From NCBI GenBank assembly GCA_965248445.1, contig CBDFJG010000001.1, positions 448,001-512,000 of the forward strand: a DNA stretch of 64,000 nucleotides, read 5' to 3'. Positions 56,451 to 64,000 of this stretch are shown here, piece after piece; within the stretch, counting starts at the first letter, position 1, and each line of letters starts with the position of its first letter. This stretch comes from Planctomycetota bacterium. Its GTDB lineage: Bacteria; Planctomycetota; JAJSAM01; JAJVHW01. Under the pieces are notes generated by a model. That model saw only the letters and a program-made list of their open reading frames with translations, was not told the DNA's origin and did no database searches. Both the position numbers and the translations under genes were made by a program.

Positions 56451-57778
56451 TCGCGCAGTTCCGTCTGCAGCCAGTGCAGCGCCTTGCGCGCCTTGTCGAC
56501 CGACATACCCGCCCAGCCGTGTCCGCCCGCGTACGTGTCGGTGGCGATGTTGGTCGACTTCTTGCCGAACCACTTCCGCGCCCGCTCCACGAAGATGTAG
56601 TTGCAGGTCTTGTCTTCGGGCGAATGCAAGATGAACCGCGGCCGCTTCTTGCCGATGCGTTTGCTGTCCATCTGGTCTTGCTTGAACACGGACATCACGA
56701 CCAGCGACGCCGTCACGGGGGTTCTCCTCAAGGTGTGGATGCGATAGCACGCGGGGCCGCTCGACGACCACGACACCGTGATGACACGCCGTGGGTCGAT
56801 CTTCACGCGTGAGGAGAGGTCCTCGACGACAGAAGCGACGAACTCCTCTGTCGTGAACTTCATCTTGTCGACCTTCGACTTTTCGGTCGGCCAGATGATC
56901 TGCTGCTCCGGCGTCCACTTCTTCGCGACGAGTTCGGCCATGACCACGCCGGCACCGACCCAGTCCTGGTAGCGCTCCTCGCACCACGCGCGGAACTCGG
57001 CGTTCCCCGACCCGCCCGGCAGAACAAGCACGAGCGCATACCCTGCGTCGGGTGCCGGATCGCGGTGCTTCGGGCCGAACTGGAAGTACTCCATGCCTTC
57101 CTTGTCCGGGACCACGTGCTCGGCGGATGCCTTCGGCAACGGCGTCTTCTCGAACGTGAACGTCTCGTGCTCGTCGCCGACGACGGTGAATCCGCGAGCG
57201 GTCCACCCCGGTCCCGGATAGCGCACGCGCACGGTTGCCCGGTCCCCCGCCTCGAACCACGTCACCGCGAGTTCGCCCTTCGCGTCCGTACGCTGTGTGA
57301 ACGGGTAGGCGGCATTCCCGTGTACCGAATGCAGCGCAGCGTCTTTCGTGAAACGCGCGGCGGGATAGACCTCGACGTTCGCGGCGGGCTTGCCGTCGTC
57401 GAGGAAGCGCAGCGTCACCGGGTGCCCCGGCGTCAGGTCGAGCGTGAAGTCGTCGGCGAAAACGCCGGTGTCCGACTCCAGGTACGGCGCCTGCAGCGCC
57501 CCACCGGGCGCGACGGTTGCGATCCACGCGCCGAACCACCCGCCGACGGCGGGAAGCGCGTTCGGCATCACGAACTTGCCGTCGGCGCCGGTCTTCCCCT
57601 CGTGAGTCAGCATCGTGAACTTACCGTCCGGGCGAGACTTGACGACGGCGGTGACGACCGCGCCCTCTGCGGGCTTGCCATCGACGGTCACCGATCCATC
57701 GAGCTCTCTCTCTCCGGCGGCCAGCGCGAGCGCCGCGAGTGATACAGCGGCGAACGCGGCGAACACGATGCGACTCAT
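56447..57778 (-). CDS. Secreted protein with carboxypeptidase-regulatory-like repeats and an alpha/beta-hydrolase domain
   Basis: Signal peptide; DGKPAEGAVV; IDPRRV..SWSSSG, HSPED and GGH (Ser-Asp-His-like). Confidence 0.7.
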   Translation of the reverse strand: MSRIVFAAFAAVSLAALALAAGERELDGSVTVDGKPAEGAVVTAVVKSRPDGKFTMLTHEGKTGADGKFVMPNALPAVGGWFGAWIATVAPGGALQAPYLESDTGVFADDFTLDLTPGHPVTLRFLDDGKPAANVEVYPAARFTKDAALHSVHGNAAYPFTQRTDAKGELAVTWFEAGDRATVRVRYPGPGWTARGFTVVGDEHETFTFEKTPLPKASAEHVVPDKEGMEYFQFGPKHRDPAPDAGYALVLVLPGGSGNAEFRAWCEERYQDWVGAGVVMAELVAKKWTPEQQIIWPTEKSKVDKMKFTTEEFVASVVEDLSSRVKIDPRRVITVSWSSSGPACYRIHTLRRTPVTASLVVMSVFKQDQMDSKRIGKKRPRFILHSPEDKTCNYIFVERARKWFGKKSTNIATDTYAGGHGWAGMSVDKARKALHWLQTELRD

Positions 57779-58350
57779 GCGAGACCCTCCGATGGCGAGG
57801 CGTCATCGCCTCCGGGCCGGCGCGCAATCCGGCGGAGCGCTGCACGGACCACCGCGCTGACCAAGTACATGATGAGCGCCGCGCTGACGAATGTGCCCAC
57901 CGCGTGTGCGGGTTCAGGCCACCATCGGACCACGAGAACGAGCGCGCCCGCCCAGCCGGCCACTACGGCCAGGTAGGCCGTTGCCAACAACGTCAAATGG
58001 ACGCGTGATCGCTGGCTCTCCATCCACGCCTCATGCCGCGCGGAGGTCTCTTGCAGCACGACGCCGCGCAGACACCCGATCACGAGCACGGCGGGCCACG
58101 CGAGCAGGAACGCCACGCCGTAGCGCGAGAAGAGATCGCGTGGATCCGACAGCTCGGCGCCGGATCGGCGCCCGCCCCAGTCGAGAACCTCGATTCCCTC
58201 GGACGGCAGGACCGTGCCGAGACCGACGACCGTCACCAGGCCGACCGCTCCGATCACGAACCAGCCGCGCGAGAACAGCATCGCCTGGAGACCGGAAGAC
58301 GACTCCAGCACCCGGGCAGGGCGTCTTGGTCCGGCGACCGGGCGTTCCAT
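57775..58350 (-). CDS. Hypothetical membrane protein
   Basis: Four hydrophobic segments; its stop overlaps the next ATG. Confidence 0.55.
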   Translation of the reverse strand: MERPVAGPRRPARVLESSSGLQAMLFSRGWFVIGAVGLVTVVGLGTVLPSEGIEVLDWGGRRSGAELSDPRDLFSRYGVAFLLAWPAVLVIGCLRGVVLQETSARHEAWMESQRSRVHLTLLATAYLAVVAGWAGALVLVVRWWPEPAHAVGTFVSAALIMYLVSAVVRAALRRIARRPGGDDASPSEGLA

Positions 58351-58448
58351 GCGCCACAGCTTAGCCCATCGGCAACCGCGCGACGCTCCGCCACGACTGC
58401 GCCCTCGGCCGCAGGCGGCGTACCCTGCCGCGTTCCGGAGGAGATGAC

Positions 58449-59963
58449 ATGCCGCTCGTCGAGTGCGTACCCAACTTCAGTGAAGGCCGCCGGCCCGATG
58501 TCGTGCAGGCGATCCAGGCCGCGATCGCGTCCGCGGAGGGCGTCACGGTCGTCGGCTGCGAGATGGACGCGGACCACAACCGCGCCGTCGTCACGCTGCT
58601 CGGCGAGGTCGAGGCCGTCAAGGAGGGCGCGTTCCGCGGCATCGCCAAGGCCACCGAGCTGATCGACCTGCGGGAACATGAGGGCGCGCACCCGCGCATG
58701 GGCGCGACCGATGTCGTGCCGTTCGTACCGCTCGGCGACACACCGATGCAGGTCTGCGTCGATGCCGCGCAGGACCTCGCACGACGTGTGGGCGACGAGC
58801 TTTCGATCCCCGTGTACCTGTACGAGAATGCGGCTGTACGCGAGGGACGCCGCGGGCTCGCGAAGATCCGGAAGGGCCAGTTCGAGAAGCTCAGCGAGTT
58901 GATCGGGACGGACCCCGACCGCGAACCGGACCACGGTCCGCACGCGATTCACGAGAGCGCGGGCGCGACGGCGATCGGCGCCCGGTTCTTCCTGGTCGCC
59001 TACAACGTGAACCTCGCGTCGAACGACGTCGCGCTCGCCAAGGAGATCGGCAAGACGATCCGCGAGAAGAACGGCGGTCTGCCGGGTGTGAAGTCGATGG
59101 GCTTCCACCTCGAGGAGCGTGACCTTGCACAGGTCTCGATGAACCTCGTGGATTACCGCAAGACCTCACCGGGCGCCGCGTTCGAGGAGATCCGGCGGCT
59201 GGCCGGGGCGAAGGGTGTCGAGATCCTCGAGAGCGAGGTGATCGGTCTGATCCCGCAGGCGGCGATCACGCAGTCGTTCGTCGACATGACGAAGCCCGCA
59301 GGCTGGACCGGTGAGGAGGTCATCGAGAGCCGGTTGCCGAAGCCGGACGCTCTGTCCTCGGCCGGTCCGTTCCTCGACGCGCTCTCGTCGGCCGCACCGA
59401 CGCCCGGCGGTGGATCCGCAGCCGCGCTGGTCGGCGCCGCGGGCGCGGCGCTCGTCGCGATGGTCACGAACCTGACGATCGGCAGGAAGAAGTACGCCGA
59501 GGTCGAGGACGAGATGCGCGCGTTGCGCACGCAGTCGCTCGCGTTGCAGCGGTCGATGGACGCGCTTGTCCGGCGGGACGCCGAGGCCTACGCCGGCTTC
59601 ATGGTCGCGATGAAGCTCCCCAAGGAGACCGGCGCCGACAAGGCCGCGCGCAAGGACGCGATGGCGGCAGCGGCGGTCGTCGCAGCCGAGGTGCCGCTCG
59701 AGACGATGCGCCAGGCCGTCGCGGTGATGGAACTCGCGGTCACCGCCGCTGCCAAGGGCAACCGCAACGCCGCGTCGGACGGCGGCGTGGGCGCACTGCT
59801 CGCCCGCGCAGCGCTCCGCGCCGCGGATCTGAACGTCCGCATCAACCTGCCGTCGGTCAAGGATGAGGAACTGCGGGTTCGGCTCGCAGACGAAGCCGCG
59901 GCGCTGTCCGCGCGCGCCGAGACGCTCGAGAACGACGCGCTCGCCGCAACCGGCCTCCTCTGA
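58449..59963 (+). CDS. ftcd: Bifunctional glutamate formimidoyltransferase / formimidoyl-THF cyclodeaminase
   Basis: LVECVPNFSEGR, DADHNR, HPRMGATDVVPF, QVSMNL and C-terminal PTPGGGSAAA..SDGGVG..NVRINL. Confidence 0.93.
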   Translation: MPLVECVPNFSEGRRPDVVQAIQAAIASAEGVTVVGCEMDADHNRAVVTLLGEVEAVKEGAFRGIAKATELIDLREHEGAHPRMGATDVVPFVPLGDTPMQVCVDAAQDLARRVGDELSIPVYLYENAAVREGRRGLAKIRKGQFEKLSELIGTDPDREPDHGPHAIHESAGATAIGARFFLVAYNVNLASNDVALAKEIGKTIREKNGGLPGVKSMGFHLEERDLAQVSMNLVDYRKTSPGAAFEEIRRLAGAKGVEILESEVIGLIPQAAITQSFVDMTKPAGWTGEEVIESRLPKPDALSSAGPFLDALSSAAPTPGGGSAAALVGAAGAALVAMVTNLTIGRKKYAEVEDEMRALRTQSLALQRSMDALVRRDAEAYAGFMVAMKLPKETGADKAARKDAMAAAAVVAAEVPLETMRQAVAVMELAVTAAAKGNRNAASDGGVGALLARAALRAADLNVRINLPSVKDEELRVRLADEAAALSARAETLENDALAATGLL

Positions 59964-60062
59964 GATCGCGCTCGTCTGTTGAGACTGACGCTTCGTGCGT
60001 GGGCAAGCGCCGCGCCCTGTCGCGATACGCGGCACCCCCTTTTCGTGCCCGCGCGTCGTTGG

Positions 60063-60335
60063 TATCTTGCTGCCCAGAAGTGTCGGACAGCCGTGTCCGG
60101 CACGGGCGAGAGTCCTGAACGGCGGCCTGCCACGGCTACCCGGAGGGAGTGGCCCGAGGCCTCCTAACAGCGGAAATCGGTACCGCAGCGAGAGGCCTCA
60201 CTGAGAGGAGGTGATCATGTCAAGTGGCTGTAATCGGAGGCTGTCCGCCGGGTAGGCTGACGTGCCAGCCCGGCAGGGCAGCAGACTAGACATGCAGGGG
60301 CGGCGTTCCTTCCGGGGCGTCGCCCCTGTTCCTTT
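60063..60335 (+). ncRNA. Candidate structured RNA / micro-ORF transcript
   Basis: TGG-TATCTT extended -10-like box, several stems, AGGAGGTGATC, a 12-codon ORF at 60217-60255 and a terminator. Confidence 0.55.
60295..60335 (+). terminator. Intrinsic terminator
   Basis: CAGGGGCGGCGTTCC-TTCC-GGGGCGTCGCCCCTG followed by TTCCTTT. Confidence 0.7.
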
Positions 60336-60437
60336 GGTTCAACGGCTTGCGCCTGCGCCGCACCCCGCTCACGGGCGGGAGAGTGGGCACAGTCCGCCCG
60401 GCGACGCGCGGGTGCTGAGCAGAGTCCTGACCCCGGC

Positions 60438-61004
60438 TCAGCGATCGAGCTTCGACAGCACGGCGCGGTTGCCGAGGACGTAGTCGAACAGCGACAGCAG
60501 CGTGACGCCCGCGACCACCCACATCAGTGGGTTCGCGAGGCTCAGGCGCACCCACTCGTCGTCCTTGTCGATCACCTCGGGGAACGCGCGCGCGGCGACG
60601 ATCACGATGATCGCCGTCGCCTGCACGATCGCCTTCAGCTTGCCGCTCCAGCGGGCCGATACGATCACGCCCTGGCTCGCGGCGAAGATGCGCACCGTCG
60701 AGACGATCGCGTCGCGATAGAAGATCAGCGCGATCGCCCAGACCGACGCGTAGCCCAGCACCAGGAACGCCAGGAACACGGTGAACCGGCTCACCGAGTC
60801 GGCGAGCGGGTCCAGGATCTTGCCGAGCTGACTCACCTGTTCCAGGCGCCGCGCCAGGAACCCGTCCGCCAGATCCGTGAACTCGAACGTCAGTACGAGC
60901 ACGAGGGCGATCCACTTCCCGGACGGCGCTTCAGTCAAGAACGCCCACAGGAAGAACGGCGCACCGAGCAGCCGGCAGAGCGACAGGATGTTCGGGATCT
61001 TCAT
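60438..61004 (-). CDS. pgsA: CDP-diacylglycerol--glycerol-3-phosphate 3-phosphatidyltransferase
   Basis: IPNILSLCR, TDLADGFLARR..SQLGKILDPLAD and GKLKA. Confidence 0.85.
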   Translation of the reverse strand: MKIPNILSLCRLLGAPFFLWAFLTEAPSGKWIALVLVLTFEFTDLADGFLARRLEQVSQLGKILDPLADSVSRFTVFLAFLVLGYASVWAIALIFYRDAIVSTVRIFAASQGVIVSARWSGKLKAIVQATAIIVIVAARAFPEVIDKDDEWVRLSLANPLMWVVAGVTLLSLFDYVLGNRAVLSKLDR

Positions 61005-61990
61005 GCGTCGCGTGTGGCCGCGGCGGCGCGCGGATCGAACTCCTCGCCGGTTCCGAGCAGGTCGTAGTGACCGGGCGTCGCACCGACGACCGTCGCGATC
61101 GACAGCCTCTTCGGGGTCCCGAACTTCTCGGAGATCGCGTCGCACTTCGTCGTCAGGAGACACGCAACGGCCGGGCCGAGCTGCGGACGGTGCCCGTACA
61201 CGAGATAGAAGTTCGCCTGCCCCTTCGTGATGATCAGGTCCGCACGGGCGATCTCCTCGCGCAGACGCGGGGTCGCTTCTTCGAGCGAGATACCGAGCGT
61301 GTCCGGGCCGGCTTCGAAGATCTCGTCGGCTGCGTCGTCGAGACCGACCTGGACGAAATCGTCGAGGGTCGCGTCCGACGTGATCGGCCCGCCGCGGTAC
61401 GGCACGGTCACGTGCGCGCCGTACGAACGGATCTCGCGCACGAGGAGTGCGTCGAACGCGATCTCCCCCACGTTGTCCGGCACGAACAACACTCGCTTCG
61501 CGCCGCGGGCAAGTTGTTCGATCTCGGCCGTGCGATTCACGTCGAACCCGCGCTCGACCACCTCGCGCAACATGCCCTCGACCTGCTCCACGCCGAACCC
61601 GTAGCCGATCCCCGCGGTGCGGAAGTCCAGGTGGTTACCGGCCACGGCCCAGCGGCAGAGCATCGCGAAGCGCTCCTCCGGCGGGAGCGCGGCGACGTCC
61701 ACGGCCACGCGCTCGGCAAGCTCGCTGCCGATCCGGTTGCAGCCCTCCCGCAGCTCGCGGAACGGGAGCGGGTCCCCCGCCTCCTCCTTGAGGATGCGAT
61801 GGACGCCGGTGATGTAGGCCGACGGCAGCCGCCCGGCCGGGAGGTCGCCGTCGAGCCACTCCGTCGACCGCTCCATGACCCGGCCGACCACGCCCTCGTC
61901 GTAGCCGAGCAAGACCATGGCGCCACGCAGGTCATGGAGGATGCACGGGCGGCAACGGGCGTCGAGCACGGGAACGAGAGGGCGGGACAT
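61001..61990 (-). CDS. DUF89/ARMT1-like damage-control phosphatase
   Basis: CRPC, GNHLDF, DNVGEIAFD, SDAT, ITKGQANF and KC. Confidence 0.85.
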   Translation of the reverse strand: MSRPLVPVLDARCRPCILHDLRGAMVLLGYDEGVVGRVMERSTEWLDGDLPAGRLPSAYITGVHRILKEEAGDPLPFRELREGCNRIGSELAERVAVDVAALPPEERFAMLCRWAVAGNHLDFRTAGIGYGFGVEQVEGMLREVVERGFDVNRTAEIEQLARGAKRVLFVPDNVGEIAFDALLVREIRSYGAHVTVPYRGGPITSDATLDDFVQVGLDDAADEIFEAGPDTLGISLEEATPRLREEIARADLIITKGQANFYLVYGHRPQLGPAVACLLTTKCDAISEKFGTPKRLSIATVVGATPGHYDLLGTGEEFDPRAAAATRDA

Positions 61991-62092
61991 GGGGCAGGAT
62001 CGTAATTCGGCAGCCCCGACGGCGGCGAATTGGCCCCAGGCGAGCCGGAGATTCCGCAAGGATCGAGGCCCCGGAGCGTCGAATCAGGGGAA

Positions 62093-63433
62093 ATGACTCC
62101 GCAGGCCACCCGAACGCCCGCCCCGCGCCCAATCTCGGCGCTGCGCTGCTTCCGCTCCGTGCGGGCTGGTCGGCGTGACGAGAGCGGCATCGCCCTTCTC
62201 CTCGTGCTGATCGCACTCCTGCTGATCGCCGTGCTCTCGCTCGAGGTCGCACAGACGTCAGCAACGCAGGCGAAGGTCGGCAGGAACACGATGAACGAGT
62301 TCCTGATGCGGACCGCCGTGGACGGACGCACACATATCCTCCGCGGCGCGCTGCGCTACGACCGCTCCCGGGGCGCGGAGTCGGACACGGAGGACGAGGA
62401 CTGGGCCTGGTTCAACAACGAGACGCTCTCGTCGTGGGGTGTGCGTTCGTCGTCGTTCGAGAAGCAGGAGGGCGAGGAGTCGATCACGTTCGAGAACACC
62501 GAGGTCCCGATCGTCGCGTACTGCGTGGACGAGCGCTCGAAGCTCAACCTCATGGGACTCGCCCGTCCGGCGGACACGCCGGAGCGACGCTTCACGCGCC
62601 GCACTCTCGTTCGCCTGATCGACATCTACCGTGAGGAGTGGAGCGAGGTCGACCTCAACGAATCCGACGGCGAGGAGATGGTCGACGAGCTGATGGACTG
62701 GCTCGGCGAGCAGGCCGAGGAAGAGGAGAACCCGACTCCCGACGTCCCGACGGGACGCGGCAAGCTCCTGTCGGTGGACGACCTGCTACGCGTGCCGGGC
62801 GGCAAGTGGACGCAGCAGGTCCTCTACGACGTGCGCGACCCGAACCTCGACCCCGACGAAGAGGCGGAAGTCAGCGACGAAGCCGGGGACGACGCGCAGT
62901 TCACACGGCCAAACGGCGTGCCGGGGCTCATCAACTACCTGTCCGTGCATGCGGAACCCGGCGCCAACCCGGCTCTGCGCATCAACGTGAACACATGCTC
63001 CCGCGTCCTTCTGCAGGCTTTGTTCGACGACGCGAACGACGACCTCGCGGAGGCCATCGTCGAGCACCGCCGCGAGGGTGCGGGCAGCGAGGACGAAGAC
63101 GCGACACCGGGCGCGGGCGGTGGCTCGGAGGACGAAGTCGGCTTCTTCACGAACAAGGGTCAGATGACCCGTGTGGACGGGATGGCCGAGTCGCTGGACG
63201 TCTACCCGCGGCTCAACTTCTTCGCCGATGTCTCGAGCAACGTCTTCTCGCTGCACGTCATCTGCAAGGTGGTCACGGGCACAATCGACCCGGACGGCTT
63301 CGAGGACGAGGACGAGGGCCCCCGGGACCTCGTTGCCTCGTATCAGTACCGCGAGGTCGTGCAGCGGACCGAGCAGGGCTTCGTGACCCTGTTCACCGAG
63401 CGCCGCCACGACCCGATCTTGACCGATCAGTAG
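62093..63433 (+). CDS. gspK: Type II secretion minor pseudopilin K-like protein
   Basis: Prepilin site RRDESG|IALLLVL, DERSKLNL, DELMDW, SVDDLLRVPG and RINVNT. Confidence 0.8.
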   Translation: MTPQATRTPAPRPISALRCFRSVRAGRRDESGIALLLVLIALLLIAVLSLEVAQTSATQAKVGRNTMNEFLMRTAVDGRTHILRGALRYDRSRGAESDTEDEDWAWFNNETLSSWGVRSSSFEKQEGEESITFENTEVPIVAYCVDERSKLNLMGLARPADTPERRFTRRTLVRLIDIYREEWSEVDLNESDGEEMVDELMDWLGEQAEEEENPTPDVPTGRGKLLSVDDLLRVPGGKWTQQVLYDVRDPNLDPDEEAEVSDEAGDDAQFTRPNGVPGLINYLSVHAEPGANPALRINVNTCSRVLLQALFDDANDDLAEAIVEHRREGAGSEDEDATPGAGGGSEDEVGFFTNKGQMTRVDGMAESLDVYPRLNFFADVSSNVFSLHVICKVVTGTIDPDGFEDEDEGPRDLVASYQYREVVQRTEQGFVTLFTERRHDPILTDQ

Positions 63434-63667
63434 CGGCCTCTCGGATCCGTAGTGGTTCTGCCGGATCAGCCGGGCCAGCGAGACCAGCCGGATCAGGCGG
63501 GGCTCGATCAGGGCCCGCAGCGCGACCCGGAAGGCGGAAGCCCGGCCCTCCCCTGCGGGTTCCCATGGTGCGGGTTTCGCCTCCGCGCGTTGCACCTGTG
63601 GCGGGCGAAGCTCCGCCGGGTATCTTGACCGCCCCGCCTCGGCGGGCATACCGTCCCGCCTCGAACC

Positions 63668-64000
63668 ATGATCGTCCTGTGCACCAGTGACCTGACCCCC
63701 GCGGCGCGGGAGCGGATCCTGGCCGCCGTCGAGCGGCTGGGCTTCGGGTGCGCCGTGCGCACCGTCGGCCGGCGCACGGTCATCGAGGCACCCCCCGCCG
63801 CCGACGCCCTCCGCTGCGAGGTCGAGCAGCTCCCGGGCGTCGAGCGGGTCTTCGTGGGCGAGCCGCCGGTACACCTGGCCACGAGGAAGCACCACACCGA
63901 GCCGACCCGTGTGCGCGTCGGAGACGCCATCTTCGGAGGTGCAGACACCGTGGTCATCGCCGGGCCGTGCGCCGTCGAGGGGCGGGAGGTCGTCCTGACG
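63668..64000 (+). CDS. aroF: 3-deoxy-7-phosphoheptulonate (DAHP) synthase, type I-beta, partial
   Basis: N-terminal ferredoxin-like regulatory region ..LPGVERV..P..LATR, then VVIAGPCAVE; runs off the window edge. Confidence 0.85.
   Translation, partial: MIVLCTSDLTPAARERILAAVERLGFGCAVRTVGRRTVIEAPPAADALRCEVEQLPGVERVFVGEPPVHLATRKHHTEPTRVRVGDAIFGGADTVVIAGPCAVEGREVVLT

Noticed and set aside
60206..60216. AGGAGGTGATC as the 3' end of a minus-strand 16S rRNA gene
   Set aside because: The flanking sequence does not continue as rRNA (no CAGCCGCAGGTT-like continuation) and pgsA follows within about 220 bp.
63434..63667. Attenuator or leader peptide upstream of the DAHP synthase
   Set aside because: I found no short ORF rich in Phe, Tyr or Trp and no U-tailed terminator.

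Overview
This is a gene-dense window of very high GC (roughly 70% by eye) from a diderm bacterium (lpxA, gspK). The many secreted, HEAT, carboxypeptidase-regulatory and sulfatase-like proteins suggest Planctomycetota, which is inference only. I found no rRNA, tRNA, CRISPR array, transposase or integrase. Recognisable genes are lpxA, a UDP-glucuronate decarboxylase, an hcrCAB-like molybdoenzyme operon, mddA, folE, an RNB nuclease, an RluA-family synthase, a dispersed hutH/hutU/hutI/ftcd histidine pathway, pgsA, gspK and a partial DAHP synthase. The signals that ORF callers would miss are: (1) a membrane-anchored thioredoxin split by an in-frame TGA that forms a UxxC motif, followed by a SECIS-like hairpin (23026-23451); (2) a stand-alone structured ~260-nt RNA candidate with an 11-nt perfect complement to the 16S 3' end, a 12-codon ORF folded into a hairpin, and a terminator (60063-60335); (3) a divergent six-gene cluster in which three different enzymes each carry a fused Rieske domain (931-7210), with an apparent deletion and frameshift in the TPP enzyme; (4) two inverted ~124-bp repeats with compensatory base changes (37717-38061); (5) two duplicated gene 3' ends that flank small insertions; (6) a probable 6S RNA. 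Start codons were chosen by eye, and all family assignments come from motif recognition, not database searches.
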